A stretch of 64,000 nucleotides of DNA, taken from contig CM097886.1 of the NCBI GenBank assembly GCA_044892525.1, forward strand, positions 45,012,001 to 45,076,000, read 5' to 3'. Positions 20,493 through 34,100 of the stretch are shown here, piece after piece (positions within the stretch are counted from its first letter, which is position 1; each line of letters starts with the position of its first letter). The stretch is from Schmidtea polychroa. Its lineage: Eukaryota. The notes below the pieces were generated by a model. The model saw only the letters and a list, made by a program, of their open reading frames with translations, made no database searches and was not told the DNA's origin. The translations under genes and the position numbers were made by a program.

Positions 20493-20999
20493 TGAAAAAA
20501 ATGTACTTTTAGACTTAGAATATTTTTGAAAATCTTTTCGACGGGGGGGGATGGGGGGTACTGTGCTAGCGGTGCCCTGTGCCAGCGGTGCCCAATCCAT
20601 CTACTCTAGTTAAAAGTGCAAATCAGCTGTCGGCAATTAGGTTGGCTTGGGCGGGGTAGGTCTATCTATACAGAAAATTGGATTTTGTTCTAGCTGTCTC
20701 GATCCAGGGGTATCCTCTGTCACATGATTGGTCGAAAAAGCCTAGATGGTACCCCTTATGATAGATTCAACATGGTTTGAAGTGCTACTATTTTTATCCT
20801 ATCAGACTAATTCATAAAAACAGGTTTTCGGTGGGAGTAGAATATTACCACTTTGCATGAAATTTCCAAACGACACTAAGATCTTATGAGAAAAGTTCGT
20901 AATAGTTCGGATTACCGTTTTTGAGATGCAAGAGGTGATACTGGAAGTAGTTCTCAGAAGATCTGTAGTGATGAAGGGTGATACTTCGAGTATGACAGT

Positions 21000-22086
21000 T
21001 TTCCAGAAGGCCGATAGAACGAGAGTTGTTTAACGTGCGATTTTCGGCTCCATTAGTCATTGCGATGGTTCAGTCATATAAGTGGCATTTTGATAATTGC
21101 ACCCATTTCAGCTGTAGTAACCTTTTCCTTTCTGTTAGAGTCTTTGTCTTCCATCTCCTGTGGCGACAGATCAGTGGGGAAACCCCCACAATGACCCGAT
21201 CCCAGCCACTACGATGCTGAAGAATCATCCGACTTTCTGGAAAGAGGAACAACTGGTGTCCCTCGAGCTGTGGCCAGCTGAACATCAGCGTCGTGGAATG
21301 TATACAAAATCATTAAAACATACTTTGCTACGCTGCTAAATTCCTTGCATATACCAAGATTAAAATTCAAATTATAAATGGATCATTAAAAATTTATTTA
21401 CTAAAAGGTTATGTTAACTTGATAAATAAATAGTGGCGAGCAAAGAAAAGACGATCTTTATCAAACATTTAATTTAGAATAAATTATTCATGTTAAATAT
21501 AATACTCCAAGATAAAAATTTTACTTTCTATAACTGCAAAATGTTGCTTCTCGAAAAATCTTTCAAATCTTTGAGTCCTCGCGTGATCTGTTGTCGAAAT
21601 GAATTGGTTCGGAATTAATTCTTAATGGTCGCTGATTGAATCCTTGGATGCTAGAAATGCCTTAATATTGTTCTGGGTTGAATTGAATGTATGCAAAAAT
21701 TTACCTTAATATTGTTCTGGGTTAACATTGAAAATTTTATTTCAGTGTTTCCTTTATATACCTAATTGTGAATGTGTGCGGACCAATCAAAATCGAGGCG
21801 CTTAATTTCTCTGTTTTTCGTTAATTTTCCTATTGTTTCTTTATTTTTTATTTATTTTCTTATTAATTATTTATTTTTATGTTATTTTGCTATTTTTCTC
21901 GGTTTTCTTATCTTGATTTTTTATTTTTTGTTTTAATTCTCTCTGTTTAATTTATTATTATCTATTTATGGTATTTATTTTTACTAATTATTAATTTATT
22001 TTCCTAATTTATTTATGATCTTTATATTGTTTCCTAGTGTTTTTCCTCTGATTTTAGGTTATCTCGTTTTTCATTTCAGCCCAACA
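21000..22086 (-). mobile_element. Partial LTR of a third related giant-Gypsy lineage (LTR-C), with a probable decayed 3' internal region on its right
   Basis: Starts TGTTGGGCTGA at 22086; ATTGGTCCGC plus TATATAA; duplicated AACCCAGAACAATATTAAG around GTAAAT; purine-rich AGGGGAATCAGGAAG just upstream. Left boundary not defined. Confidence 0.7.
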
Positions 22087-23319
22087 CTAACTTCCTGATT
22101 CCCCTAAGCTAGGTTTCTTTGTGTCCTAGCCGAGACAGAATGCCCCTTTGCTCTGATTTTGCCATTCCTTATATACTCTTTGAAATCGGGATGACAAATG
22201 GTTATTGACGAGCCAATCTCTTTTTCTTGACATTCGACTCCACATATCTACTTCGGCTGTCACCCAGAATGGTCTTACGAAAAAAATAATATATGGCCCG
22301 CCCGGGCCTTTCGACATGCACTATCCTTTTCTTGATCTTATCCCACTAATCATTGTGACAAGATGATTGGCTTTCTCTTTATTTTTCTCTTTGCTTACCC
22401 AGCTCAGGATTTCTTTTTACTAGCTAATTAATTAATTTCATTTTCTTGTTTTTCATCTTACTAGCACTCTGAAAATTCCGTTATCACAATGTTATTCCTC
22501 GCTACCTGGTACACCGATGACCAATTTTCCAGACATTAATTCGAATTTATAAATCTTTTATCGATTTTCCACAGTTCACATTTTTTGTGCTTTTCTCATT
22601 TATTGATGTATCTTCTCGAGCCATACTGTTCATTTTATTTTTTTGCCTTGTCACTTCTCTCCTAGACCAGTCTTACACATCTCTAACTGCAATTATAATT
22701 TTAATTTTAATTATTTTACAACCTCAACACTACGTTGTTTCATAGATTTTATTATCTAATTACTATGTTTTGTCAAGTTAATTTTTAGCTAATGTAACTC
22801 TTCAAATTAAACTATTATTTAATTTCTATTAGTTACTTGGCAACCATGATTCGCCATTTTTATAGAATATTCTAGTTTTCTATTCATTGCTATGGTAAAT
22901 ATTTTATTCCTACTTTATTTTCTAATGTTATCTTGTGGAAATCTTGCTAATTCCCATTCTTATCTCCTCACCGACAATAATTTAAATAGGCTATTATATT
23001 TGTATTTTGATCGGATTTTATAGAAAATTCTTGCTTTTATTTCATATTATTTTATTTTTGTGTAGTGAACTCTATTTACTTGTCTATTTGATGTTTGTAC
23101 GTTTTTGATTTTGACTCAACTTAATGTTATGTCCCGACGCCTGGCATTCACGATTTAATAACTTGGGCTCGAAATCAGTTTTTGCTTAACAGAATGGATA
23201 TTCTGTAAGAACATATGTAACGAGTGAAACAAATTTTGGAGAAAGATCTTAATTTATCGAGACAAATAAAATTTAGAATTTCAGTATTTCATATGGCAGA
23301 AATTAAAGAATGGCTGGAA

Positions 23320-23647
23320 GATCAAGGCTCATGCTTCTTTCCATTGAGATTATCATTGATTTCTGCTAATTTCTTATCCACACCATCCAGTGCATTCCTA
23401 AATTTAATTAAAAACTCTTACTGTAACATTATCGATATTATCTATTCTAAAGTTTCATTGCTGTCAGTCACTTGACCAACTTCATCGACTAAGCCTTCTT
23501 GTGCGGCATCTCGGCACTGCTCCATTCTAGGTCTTTCTAAACGGTTCTCCAGGCGCGTTTGTGTCAATTTTGCACTTGGGATCTTTGCTCTAGCGGCTTC
23601 TTCTAAGGCTTTAATGTCATCAATAATTCTTCTCGTTCTTTTTCTGT
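23320..23647 (-). pseudogene. Tektin (TEKT2-like) exon relic
   Basis: TTTTCAG acceptor then DDIKALEE..AKLTQTRLENRLERPRMEQCRDAAQEGLVDEV, matching the tektin TRLE.R..RP..ELCRD..Q.GL.DEV signature; 1-nt frameshift and in-frame TAG. Confidence 0.7.
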
Positions 23648-24620
23648 CTGAAAACATGAAGGAAAATTATTAATTTTAACCCTTTAAGTGTCGAATTAAA
23701 TTTCATAAAAAGTCAGAAAATGTGTCAATTATCCGTCAAAAAAAGTTAAAGATATAAATGTGATTTGAAAATTTGAAACACGTGTAGTATATTTAAAAAA
23801 AAATTTCCCCCAAATGGTTGTTAAAAGTAGAAATAAAGGCCTATTCAGTAGTATTCGGATTTATCCGAGACACAGGTACGCACACGCAGACAGTCGAACA
23901 CCTGTGAAAGTAGACTACCGTACATGCTCGACTATAAGTAGATTTAAGTATAAGTCGAAACATAAAATCGAAATTATTAAATAAAAGGTTAATATCTACT
24001 TTTAATAAAATAATTACCAACATGTTAATAGAAATTAATAACTTTGGTTCATAACTTCCGGTTTGTATAGTACAAAAATAGTGAGTATATTAACAAATCA
24101 ATTACCTGTCATCATGTTGAAACGATGTTTGAAATATGAGCCATAGTGATGAGATTCAAGGAGAGTTGTATGTAATTATTGTGTCCATATTCTTCGTTTA
24201 TGCATTGCTTGATATATTATTTTTTTGTCGGAAGTTTGGGTAAGCTATATTAAAGATATTTGCAGTCGGTGCATGAAATAGAATATTGTAGAAGTTGGTG
24301 GGTTACAGGTTATCTAAGTTTCTACCTACTCGTGCTGTTTCCAGCGTAACCCAGAATACAATTGACAGCTGACCACTTGATACCCGTCGAGCAATAAACG
24401 TTGTAACTGTATCAAGAGTTTGAGTACTAGCAAAAAGTGAGCATGCTTAGCATACTATAATTGTCTAGCACCCACTGGGGTTCACGGACTGCCGATAGAA
24501 GGCTTATGCCCGATTTCTCTAGGTCCCCGTTATGACAATTGACGTTATTGAATAATCAGAATACCCGAACGCTAACATAACAACATTTTTTATTTCGGAT
24601 CACACAATTCGTGTCGGAGT

Positions 24621-25858
24621 TCATGTTCTGGTAGACTCCTTCGGGTTAGCCACCGGTAAGGTCGGTTGAAGTGGTGTTTGAGCCAGGTTGGCTTGTCTTA
24701 TCTTAGCCCGTGCAGCCTTACCCGGCCAAATCCTCTTCCTGGGGGGATCGAAGATACGACCTCCGTCGGCTTGTGGAGTAATTCGCTCAAAGGTCGAATC
24801 TTGGAGATTACCTCTTGATCGATAGCTTGTTGATGTATCCGGGTCTCCAGCTTCTTCACCCTCAGACGGAGAGCTCGCAATTCGACTTGGTCTTGAGCGC
24901 TCTGCAATTGTAATTGCGAGATCAGTTTCAAGCGCTTCTTCATCACTGCTGGCGGGAACCAAGTGCTTTCAAAGTTTCGGCAGATGGCCTTGATTCGCAT
25001 CAGTTTGGCTCTATATTCTTCCGCCTGTCTTTGCGCTCGTTCCTTGTCCGTCCGCATATCCTTCAGGAGCTTTAATACTAAAACGAATACAAAATAAATG
25101 ATGTCTTTTCGTACTTTCGTCAAGCGACCACGCCCTATTGCTACAACCATCGCAGTAGGTTCGATCACCAAGCCGCAACCTCGTATCAATGCGCACTTAA
25201 ACCCCGATTTAGCCCTATGAGCTTCACCAAACGTTAGGAAATTGGTAAGAAGAAGCAAAAATATGAAACAATACCACTTTATACATAAATTATTAAAAAA
25301 TCAAGACAATCAAATTAAGGTTGTATTAAGCATCACTCAATTGATTCACATTAAGAAGGTGCATTCAAGTACAGTTCAACCACAGGGTGCTATTATTCAG
25401 CCCAACCGTTGCCTTGCTTGTAACGGACAGTCTTTTCGCAGACGCCCTCGTTTTCGGGGTTGATTTGGGCCTCGCGGTGGACTCCTTGGGCGTTCCATGC
25501 CACGGCGGATGGCGCCTGTCCGCTCAGGGTAGCACTGAGACCGTGCATAACCGTCGACGTCCTCTAGTTCACCGGCCAGGGTTGCGCTTTCGAGCCGTTG
25601 TAACCGATCCATGGCTTCCTTGACATCCTCGAAGGCTTCGATAAGAGCGAGGGAGGTAGCATTGATTGAGGGTTCCGCTTTTGGAATCACCGGAACCACA
25701 TTCTGGTAAGTCCAATCGTGGATCTTATACCAGATCCATCTGGATTTTAGCCGAGTCATCTCTTCTTCTCGGTCCGGGTTGATGAAATCTTCTGCCCCTC
25801 GAGGCTCGAGTCGGTTGGAGAGGCTGGCCTGCGCTCTTCGTTGTCTTGTGTCGTGCAT
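24621..25858 (-). CDS. LTR-D-encoded gene, probably multi-exon or decayed; partly homologous to 55427..56293
   Basis: ESTWFPPAVMKKRLK vs EGTWFSPARMKEIQK; acceptor TTTTATTATCATAG 2 nt before the ATG at 25858; further CTAAC..CATAG and TTTTAG acceptor-like sites. Confidence 0.5.
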
Positions 25859-26839
25859 GCCTATGATAATAAAAGGAACGTTAAATGATCCTTGCTTTCC
25901 CGTCTATGTTTGGTTACTCCCGGACGTTTGAGTACACCGTTACAATTTAAAGTCCCACATGACATGCACCCACAGTCATATGCAATTGCATCAATTTATT
26001 ATATGTGTCCCACGATTGGTTTTATTCATTGGCATAGTACTTCGTGTTACTGATTAAAGCTTCCCATAAACTTTTCATATTTAATTTCTTAACTATCGGG
26101 ATTTCCCTACGGGTAGATACCGAAACCATAAAGTACTTTAAAATTCAACTAAATTTTAAATTTAATTCTTAGTTTAACTATCGATCCTTTAATAACGGTT
26201 TCACTTTTTTGAAAATAATAATATGGAAAGAAATTACTACATGATATGCTATGCAAATCTTATTTATTAATTAGTAGGACTTTAGGAGTTGTTGCATTAG
26301 AGCTACAATTAAATTAAAAAAAAATTTGTTATAATCAATGAAAGTACCCCAATGCCGCTAAATTTAAATTTAAAAAATTAGAATATATAAGGTTTTATGA
26401 AATATTTCTATTACTATTTTAAAAATTTAATCTTAAATATATATAAAGTTAATTATAATATTAATTAATGTGAAATAAATTATCATTTTTAGAAGTCTTT
26501 ATCGACAAACATAACCGGGTTAGAGTGGAATTAACGTTAATATCGTCGCAGCTGACAAATGATTAGCAAATGAAAGCGGAGTGATAAATGAACAGCCTCA
26601 CACTAATGGCATTAAAAAATTAAATATACAATTATTATCATTATTCTTCAGGATGGCATCTAACAACTTCTCTACAGAAACCCGATAAATTAAGATCTCT
26701 CGCGAATGGAAAGAATTATACCAAGTTTAGAAGAAGATAAATGACTATTCAAAAATTATTTTACAAAATATAAATTTTGTTATTTATTCGTTAGTTTTTT
26801 TTGATTTCTATGTATTTTCCCCCGGTGTTGCTAGAATCG

Positions 26840-27250
26840 TATGAATGTATATGGTTGAATGTATATGTCATCATTGAACACCAATAGTTCGTGGCGACCT
26901 CTGATTATGAAAAACTATAATTTTAGTGAATGTAGGTTCGTAGACCCGTTCTTTTGTGTATGAGAATGATTTTAGGTTGGAAACAAGGCTGGTCAACGTC
27001 GCGAGCTATATACGTCTACGACGACGTTGATCACTCTTGTTCAGCATAAATCATAATGAAATACAAAACAAAAAAAATAAATAAGAGGTTGACTCAATTA
27101 TAATACATTTAATAAAACATGGGGCGATCATAAATAAAATATATACCCATTTTTGCATGTGCAAGTACACGTGTATGTATTGATGCATTAAAACAAACTC
27201 GAATTCCTTTTATTCTATAATTTTCTATTTTTGATATTTTTAATGGCAAT
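26840..27250. repeat. 411-bp direct repeat, copy 1 (copy 2 at 53850-54260)
   Basis: Identical apart from one substitution seen; brackets copy B. Confidence 0.95.
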
Positions 27251-28219
27251 CAAATTTATTAATCGGGATCAAGTGAAAAGAAAAGATCAAATGTAACTTA
27301 AAATTTTAATTATTTAATAAATATACATAGTTATTGTTACTTCAAAAAATTAAGAATAACAAATGAATACAATCTCTTACTGTCACGTTAGGCTGAATCG
27401 AAATATAAGGCTCGTCTTTTCTAAAATAGTCAACTGGTGTCGAAGCTGGTAGTCGGTTTTATGAGGTTCTCGAGTAGTTTCTCTGAATTTATTGAAGGTT
27501 TTCTGGTCCTAGAGTCAGTCCTGTAATGTTTTTTCAAATTAACACTCACGATACTTATGCTAAAATTTCTTTACCTGTAATGTTTTTTCAAATTAACACT
27601 GATTTTTATGATTTTGGCGTTGGTTTATATACTAATTTTTCATTTACGCGGACCAATCAAAATTGAGTACCGCTTATTTTATTAAATTAATTTGTTTTTT
27701 CCTATTTCTTTGGGTATTTTACTTATTTCCCTATTTTTATTATATCTTTTATTTATTTCCTAAATTCCTTATTATTTATTGCGTTTCCGGTATCTTATTC
27801 ATTATGTTATTACTTTATTTTTTTAATTTTTATTTTTTGTTTTAGTTTTTATATCTTATTTATGGTTTATTTTATGTCTTGATTTATTTATTCCTAAAAT
27901 TGGTGGTCTTATTTTATTTTATTCGCCTCTTATCTATCTTATTTTTCGACGATCATTTTTTCCAATTCAGCCCAACAAATCACTCGGGGACCCATCAAAA
28001 TTGCGTCCCGCAATTACATACTTACTTCATTCATTCATAAAAAGAAAAATAAAATAACCACAACATCATATACAATAAATTTATTAGTAAGATAAAGGTC
28101 AAAATAGGACCAAGCAAGTATCACTTATGGTTATAGGTTATATACACAGAAGTTCACACCAGATAATGTTTTACAGTTCACACTAGATAATGTTTTAAAT
28201 CAGTACTTGCATTGTTTTA

Positions 28220-28838
28220 TTACTCTGCTGACTCTGACTGGGGTTGTTGGTACATTTTAGGCTCGATGTTGTAGTAGGCCGGACGACTGGTTGATGGTTT
28301 GGGAGATTCTTGGTTGGTTAATCTGAGTGGACTTGTATTTTGAGTGATGTTAGAAAGTTCGACCGAATTTTTCTGGGTGGCTTTGGATTTCGGTTGTTGG
28401 CATTTTTTCTTGAATTCGAGGATTTCTAAGAAGGTTATTAGACATAATAGGCTTGTTTCGGCGATCACCACATATAGAAGGTAGTGGGTGTCGCTTTGTT
28501 CTGGGGATTTTTCGAGTTTTTCAGGTTCGGAATTTTCCTGTCGTATTTGCACTTCTAGTTGATCCAGGTGATGGATTTGTTCTATCATCACCTTATTTAT
28601 TTTTCTACACAGGAGGTTTCCTTGGCACATTACTCGGATATTGTCGATGTAGGTTCGGGTTGAACGGATGTTGTCTATGATTTTGCTCTTTACCATGGTA
28701 TGGCATCTCGGTTTTCTTTCTTCGGTGATCTCGGAGGCTATCTATTTGGGGGTTACTCTGTGGCTTGCTCATCAGATTGTTAGCCAGTATTATCAAGGTG
28801 ATTGTCACTCCCCACCGCATTATACTGTTATACATCAA
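28220..28838 (-). pseudogene. Cargo ORF 5 of copy B (signal-like N-terminus, coiled coil, TM), frameshifted near 28700
   Basis: MRWGVTITLIILANNL N-terminus and YLLYVVIAETSLLCLITFL TM; positional homolog of 11711-12362. Confidence 0.5.
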
Positions 28839-28874
28839 ACATTTAATTTATTTACAATTGTCGACGTTCTTTTG

Positions 28875-29630
28875 TTAATCGTCTTTCTTTTGGGGATCGT
28901 TTTCGGTGATTCTCATTAGGGTGGTCTCTGCCTTAATGACCCTATATCTCAACTCAGGTAGCATTGCTAACTGTCGGTCTTTTTCACGGGTTTCTCTCCT
29001 TAAATGTCTGATTTCTTTTTTCAAGCGTCTACTTTCCTCCTTTTTCTTTTCAAGGTTTCTTTTTAGTTCAATTTGTAGGAAGTCTTGTTCGTTTTCTTGC
29101 AGGTAATTTTGTTGTTGATGTTCTCTTTCTATCTCTCTATATTTGTGGATCCACTTCCTCATTTCTTTACTTTCCCGTTGGTTTTCTTCCAGTTGTTGTT
29201 TTAATTTATTTATTGCTGTTTGGCGTTCCTTCGCCTCACCTTTCCAATAATCCTCAATTACTTCTTCTGCTTTAAGGCTTGCTCTTTCTTTCCATAATTC
29301 TCCCGCTATCTTTTCCCAGTTTTTTCCTCGCTTCCTTTGTTCCTGAAGCCATTCGTTTTCCTCTTCCGTTTCTCTTTTTATTTTCCCCAACGCTTCACAC
29401 TCTTTCTTTAACACCTTTATCATTTTACGGTCTTCCAGGTATTTGTTTATTAATCTCCCGTTTTCATACTTCTCTTCCCGTAACTCTGTCTTTAGCGTTT
29501 GTGTTTCAGTTGTTTCTGCTTCGATCTCTCCTTCTTCTACGTCGCTCATAATTTCTATTATTTCCTCGATTTTCATATCTATAATATGTACAGTTAATGG
29601 TGCGCTATAGTGCGACTTATACGTATACAT
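28875..29630 (-). CDS. Cargo ORF 4 of copy B
   Basis: N-terminal half nearly identical to 10913..11656. Confidence 0.75.
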   Translation of the reverse strand: MYTYKSHYSAPLTVHIIDMKIEEIIEIMSDVEEGEIEAETTETQTLKTELREEKYENGRLINKYLEDRKMIKVLKKECEALGKIKRETEEENEWLQEQRKRGKNWEKIAGELWKERASLKAEEVIEDYWKGEAKERQTAINKLKQQLEENQRESKEMRKWIHKYREIEREHQQQNYLQENEQDFLQIELKRNLEKKKEESRRLKKEIRHLRRETREKDRQLAMLPELRYRVIKAETTLMRITENDPQKKDD

Positions 29631-29744
29631 TTATATAAAATTTAATAGTTTGGGTTACAGTCCCTTGGATACTTTTACAATACTTTAATTTTTTTGTTTG
29701 GGATATACGTCCCGGTTTTTAGTTTTTTATCTTTTTATCCACCC

Positions 29745-30800
29745 TTATACGAAGGTTTCCTCCTGGCCTACATAACCTTTATCACTATCAACCGCGGGAT
29801 GTAACTGTATCGCAATAGGGTCGTATGGTAGGTAATATTGGGGAATTTGGGCTATCAACTCATTAATTTCGTCTCTTAGAGCTCGAGTGATGTTCAGCTC
29901 TTCGTCGAGAAGGTAGGTGAGGTACCTTGTCTCTTCGTCTTTCATCTCTATTTGTCTATCTAGGGCCTTGATTTTCTCGTCGCCCTTCCATTTTTCAATT
30001 TCTATTTCCAAGTTTTTGATATTTTCGGTGTACATTTTCCTTTCGTTTTCTAATTTTCTGTTTTTTCCAGCTAGGACCATGTTTCTTTGTTCCAGCGATC
30101 CTTGTAATCCATTAAGGTCTCTTTTCATCTCTTCTACCTGATTTACTAATTCCACAACCCGTCCTGCTTGTTGGGTTATCATCTCTTCCATTGCGGCATT
30201 CTCGTGCTCTCTTATGTCGCATTTTATTGCCAAATGTCGCTCAAACTCCATAGCCTTTGTTTGCCAGGTTTGACTTCGGGCGGCGACCTTTCTCAACCGT
30301 TTCAATTCTTCCTTTATTATTAAATTCTCCTCCCATTTACCTTGTTCGCTTTCATATCCGAGTCTCATGGGCAATTCTTTCATCTCTTTTTTGATTTCAC
30401 TGTTTTGTCTTTTCCATTTTCTCGCTTCTGCCACTAAGTGCATCATTTTCCTTCCTTCTATTTGCTTTTCCGCTTCGCGCTTGGTGTTCTCATCGGTAAG
30501 TCTCTTTCTCGCTTCCTGCACTAGCTGCTTTAAATAGTGGCTGTGCGCTTCTTGGCGGGTATTTTCTAGTGACGCCCATTTTGATGCTCTTTTGCATGCT
30601 TCTGCTTCCGCTCTTAAGTTGTGTATTAACCATTGGTATTGACTATTCTCATCCTCTCTAGCTTCTTCGATGTGATTTCGGATGAGATTAGTTAGTTGGA
30701 ACATTACTTTGTTCCATTTTTTGTTATGTTCTCGGGGAATTTGTGTCTTGTTGACATTGGTTTGGGCTATCGCAGTTTCGGTTAGTTTCTCTTGTGTCAT
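29745..30800 (-). CDS. Cargo ORF 3 of copy B (351 aa)
   Basis: Near-identical to 9727..10782. Confidence 0.8.
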   Translation of the reverse strand: MTQEKLTETAIAQTNVNKTQIPREHNKKWNKVMFQLTNLIRNHIEEAREDENSQYQWLIHNLRAEAEACKRASKWASLENTRQEAHSHYLKQLVQEARKRLTDENTKREAEKQIEGRKMMHLVAEARKWKRQNSEIKKEMKELPMRLGYESEQGKWEENLIIKEELKRLRKVAARSQTWQTKAMEFERHLAIKCDIREHENAAMEEMITQQAGRVVELVNQVEEMKRDLNGLQGSLEQRNMVLAGKNRKLENERKMYTENIKNLEIEIEKWKGDEKIKALDRQIEMKDEETRYLTYLLDEELNITRALRDEINELIAQIPQYYLPYDPIAIQLHPAVDSDKGYVGQEETFV

Positions 30801-31132
30801 CTCTAAATCATAGACATCGATTAATCTTTTTATTATGAAAAAGGAATTTATTCATTATTTACTGTTTCTTTGGAAATTTTCGCATCATTTTTGGGTTTTC
30901 GTATTTAGGGTTTTCATACTTGTTAAATAAAACTAGAAGTCGAATTCAAATTATATTCAAAAATTATAACAATATCGGTTTGACTAAACAAATCATTAAA
31001 TTGACGATTAAGCATTTCTAAATAACAATAATAATTATGTACGCCATAATATAATACGAATATAATACTTTAATATATGTATATGTTAATTTCTTAATAG
31101 TAATAATTCAGATGTAATTTATTATTATAATA

Positions 31133-34100
31133 TTATATTGTGCTAATAATTAAATCTTCCTCACATCCCCCCTGTTTAAAAGGCTTTAGCCATTCTACAT
31201 TTCGAATCATTGTTTTACCTTCTTTATCCATAAGTTCGTAACTTCTATCATGTAGTTTTTTTATCACTCGAAAAGGTCCTCTGTATCTATCATCTTCTTT
31301 TTTTCTTGTGTCTATCTTTACTAAAACGTTGTCATCTATTTTAAATTCTCTATTAATTCTATCTGCGTTTCTGTACTTAACATTTCTTTGCTTTTCTTGT
31401 ATCTCTTCAATGATTCTAATTCGGTCATTAGTAACTTCCTTTTTGTTTTGCCATTCTCTTGTTATTCGAAACCCAAATACTATTTCCGCTGGACTTTTCC
31501 CTAATGTACTTTGTACGGTTGCGTTCAAAGCAAATTCAATTTCTGGTAATACCTCTACCCAATTGCTTTTTAATCTATCTTTAATTGAGGTACTCATGAA
31601 ATCTCTTATTGTTCGAAATTGCCGTTCTATTAATCCATTTGCACTATGATGGTATGGACTTGAAAATTGAAGCATTATGTTATGGGTTTTAGCTAATTCT
31701 TTCATCACACCTGATTCAAATGTCTTCCCACAATCTACTTGAATTATCCTAGGAGAACCGTATTTTAGAATCCAAAATTTCATTATTGTGTCCGCTGTTG
31801 TTTTCTCATCTTGCTTAGAAACAGCTGTAAGAGAAATATATCGAGTGCACATATCAATAATTCCTAAAATATACTTTTTCCCATGTACACTTGTTTTCAA
31901 AGGTCCACAAAAATCTATAGCAATTGTTTCAAACGGTTTCGACACTTCCGTTTTTAGTATAGTTTCCTTTGTTTTAGTTGTTAGTGTTTTTCTTTTTTGA
32001 CATAATTCACAATTTTGAATAATTTCTGTAGTTATCATTTGTAATTCATCCATGTCATAATTTACTTTTATGTAGTCAATCACTTTTTTGCAACCTGCGT
32101 GGCATAGGATTTTATGCATTTCTTTGATAAATTTTTCGCGATTGTTTTTAGGAATCCAAATTTTATTTTCTTTTGTCATGATAACATCATCATCAATCTT
32201 AAATTTAGTTTTTACATTTTTCATGATTAATTCTTTTTGATTTTCTATCTCAACATTACCCTTTTGCCAAATCACACCTTGCTTAACAGCTGTCATTGTT
32301 AAAAGTCTTGTTTTCATTTTTTCTGTTTTAGGATTTTCATGAACTTCCATACATTGAGTACATCGTCCACACTTATCTCGGGATAATGCATCTGCATTGG
32401 TATGTTCCATACCTTTTCTAAATGAAATATCCATATCCAAACTGCTAAGAAAATTTATCCAAGTTTGGAATTGTGCCGTGATTGGCTTTTTTGTTGCCAT
32501 CATGAATGTTATTGCTTTATGGTCCGTTCTTAATTTAAATTTTTTCCCATACAAATAATGTTTAAAATGTTGAGTAAAATAATAAATGGCCAATAACTCC
32601 TTCCTTGTTATACAATAACCTATTTCATGCTTATTCATTGAATGCGAACCATATGCAATTACTCGCTCATGTCCCTGTTCGTCTAACTGTGATAAAACCG
32701 CACCAATTGTGTCAAAACTTGCATCAGTGTCCAAAATAAATTCTTTCTGAAAGTTAGGGTATATTAATACTGGTGTTTTCGATAATGCATTTTTTAATTC
32801 TTCAAATGCTTCTTCACATTTTTCTGACCATATAAGTTTTTCATTAGTCGTACCACATATAGACTCTAATATTCGTGAAAACATTGAATAATTTTTTATA
32901 AATTTTCTATAATAATTACACAACCCCAAAAAACTTCTTAGTTGTTTCAAACATTGAGGTCTTACAAAATTTTTAATTGCTTCAATTTTATTTTCATCCA
33001 CTTTCACACCTTCATTATTAATTATATGGCCTAAAAATTTTGTCTCATTTGTTAAAAATATACATTTTTCTGGATTTACTCGTAATCCCGCTTCCTTAAT
33101 TTTCATTAATACTTCATTTATTCTTTTAAAATGCTCTTCTTTATTTGTAGAAAATATTAATATGTCATCCAAATATACAATAGCTGTATTCCACAGAAGT
33201 TTTCCTAAAACCATATTCATTAGTTTTTGAAATGTAGCCGGTGCCGCAGCAATTCCAAAAGGCATTCTATTAAAACAGTACTGTCCGCTCCTTGTTGAAA
33301 ATGCGGTTTTTTCTTGTGAATTATTTGTTAACTCCACTTGATAATATGCACTTCCAAGATCTATAGTACTAAAAAACTTGGATCCATTGAGTGAATCTAA
33401 CATTTGTTCAATATTAGGCATTGGAAATATTTGTCTTTCTGTTATTTTATTTAGGTTTCTAAAATCCAAACACAATCTGATGTCATTCTTTTCTTTTTTC
33501 CAAACACATACCAATGGAGTATTCCAACTCGAATCACATTTCCTAATAATACCATTTTCTTCCAAATTTTTTATAGCTTCCTCAATTTTTTCTTCTAAAT
33601 GAGCCGGTTGTCGTCTAGGGTTCATGTAAATTGGGCCCTCAGTAGTTTTGATTTCGTGCCATAATAAATCTGTTTTTCCAATGTCCCATTTATCAGCCAT
33701 AAAAACTTCTTTATTTTCATTAATTATCTGATACATTTTATCTCCTTTTTTTAAATCAAATAATTTTATTGCTCGACTAAATCTTTTCTCATCATTATAT
33801 GAGTTGCTAAATCTTGCCTCAATATTACAAATTTCATTAAAATTATTTTCTATTTCCGTATTTTCAGTTATACTATCGTTTATTTTCATTAACTTGATGT
33901 TGAATTGACGAAGTAAATCTATCCCACCAATAATTGACGGTGAAACCTTTTTAACAACAACAAAAATCACATTCTCTTCTTTGTTACCGATTTGAATCTT
34001 CAATTTAACATTGCCAAATGTTTCCAATGGACTGCCATTTGCACACCAAATTCCTTCATTGTGAGGTTTAATATCTATCTCACCTATTTCTTTGATGATC

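Larger units (their letters stand above)
24296..27250 (-). mobile_element. LTR lineage D, 3' part (5' part at 53850-54803); total ~3.5 kb; AAGT target-site duplication
   Basis: Terminus TGGTGGGTTACA at 24296 preceded by AAGT; other terminus ..AGCCCAACA at 54803 followed by AAGT; motif GACTGCCGATAGAAGG shared with the solo LTR. Confidence 0.8.

Noticed and set aside
23676-23992. Second piggyBac-like MITE (TTAA-CCCTTT .. AAAAGG-TTAA)
   Set aside because: Inverted match is only ~5-6 bp with a mismatch; not enough support.
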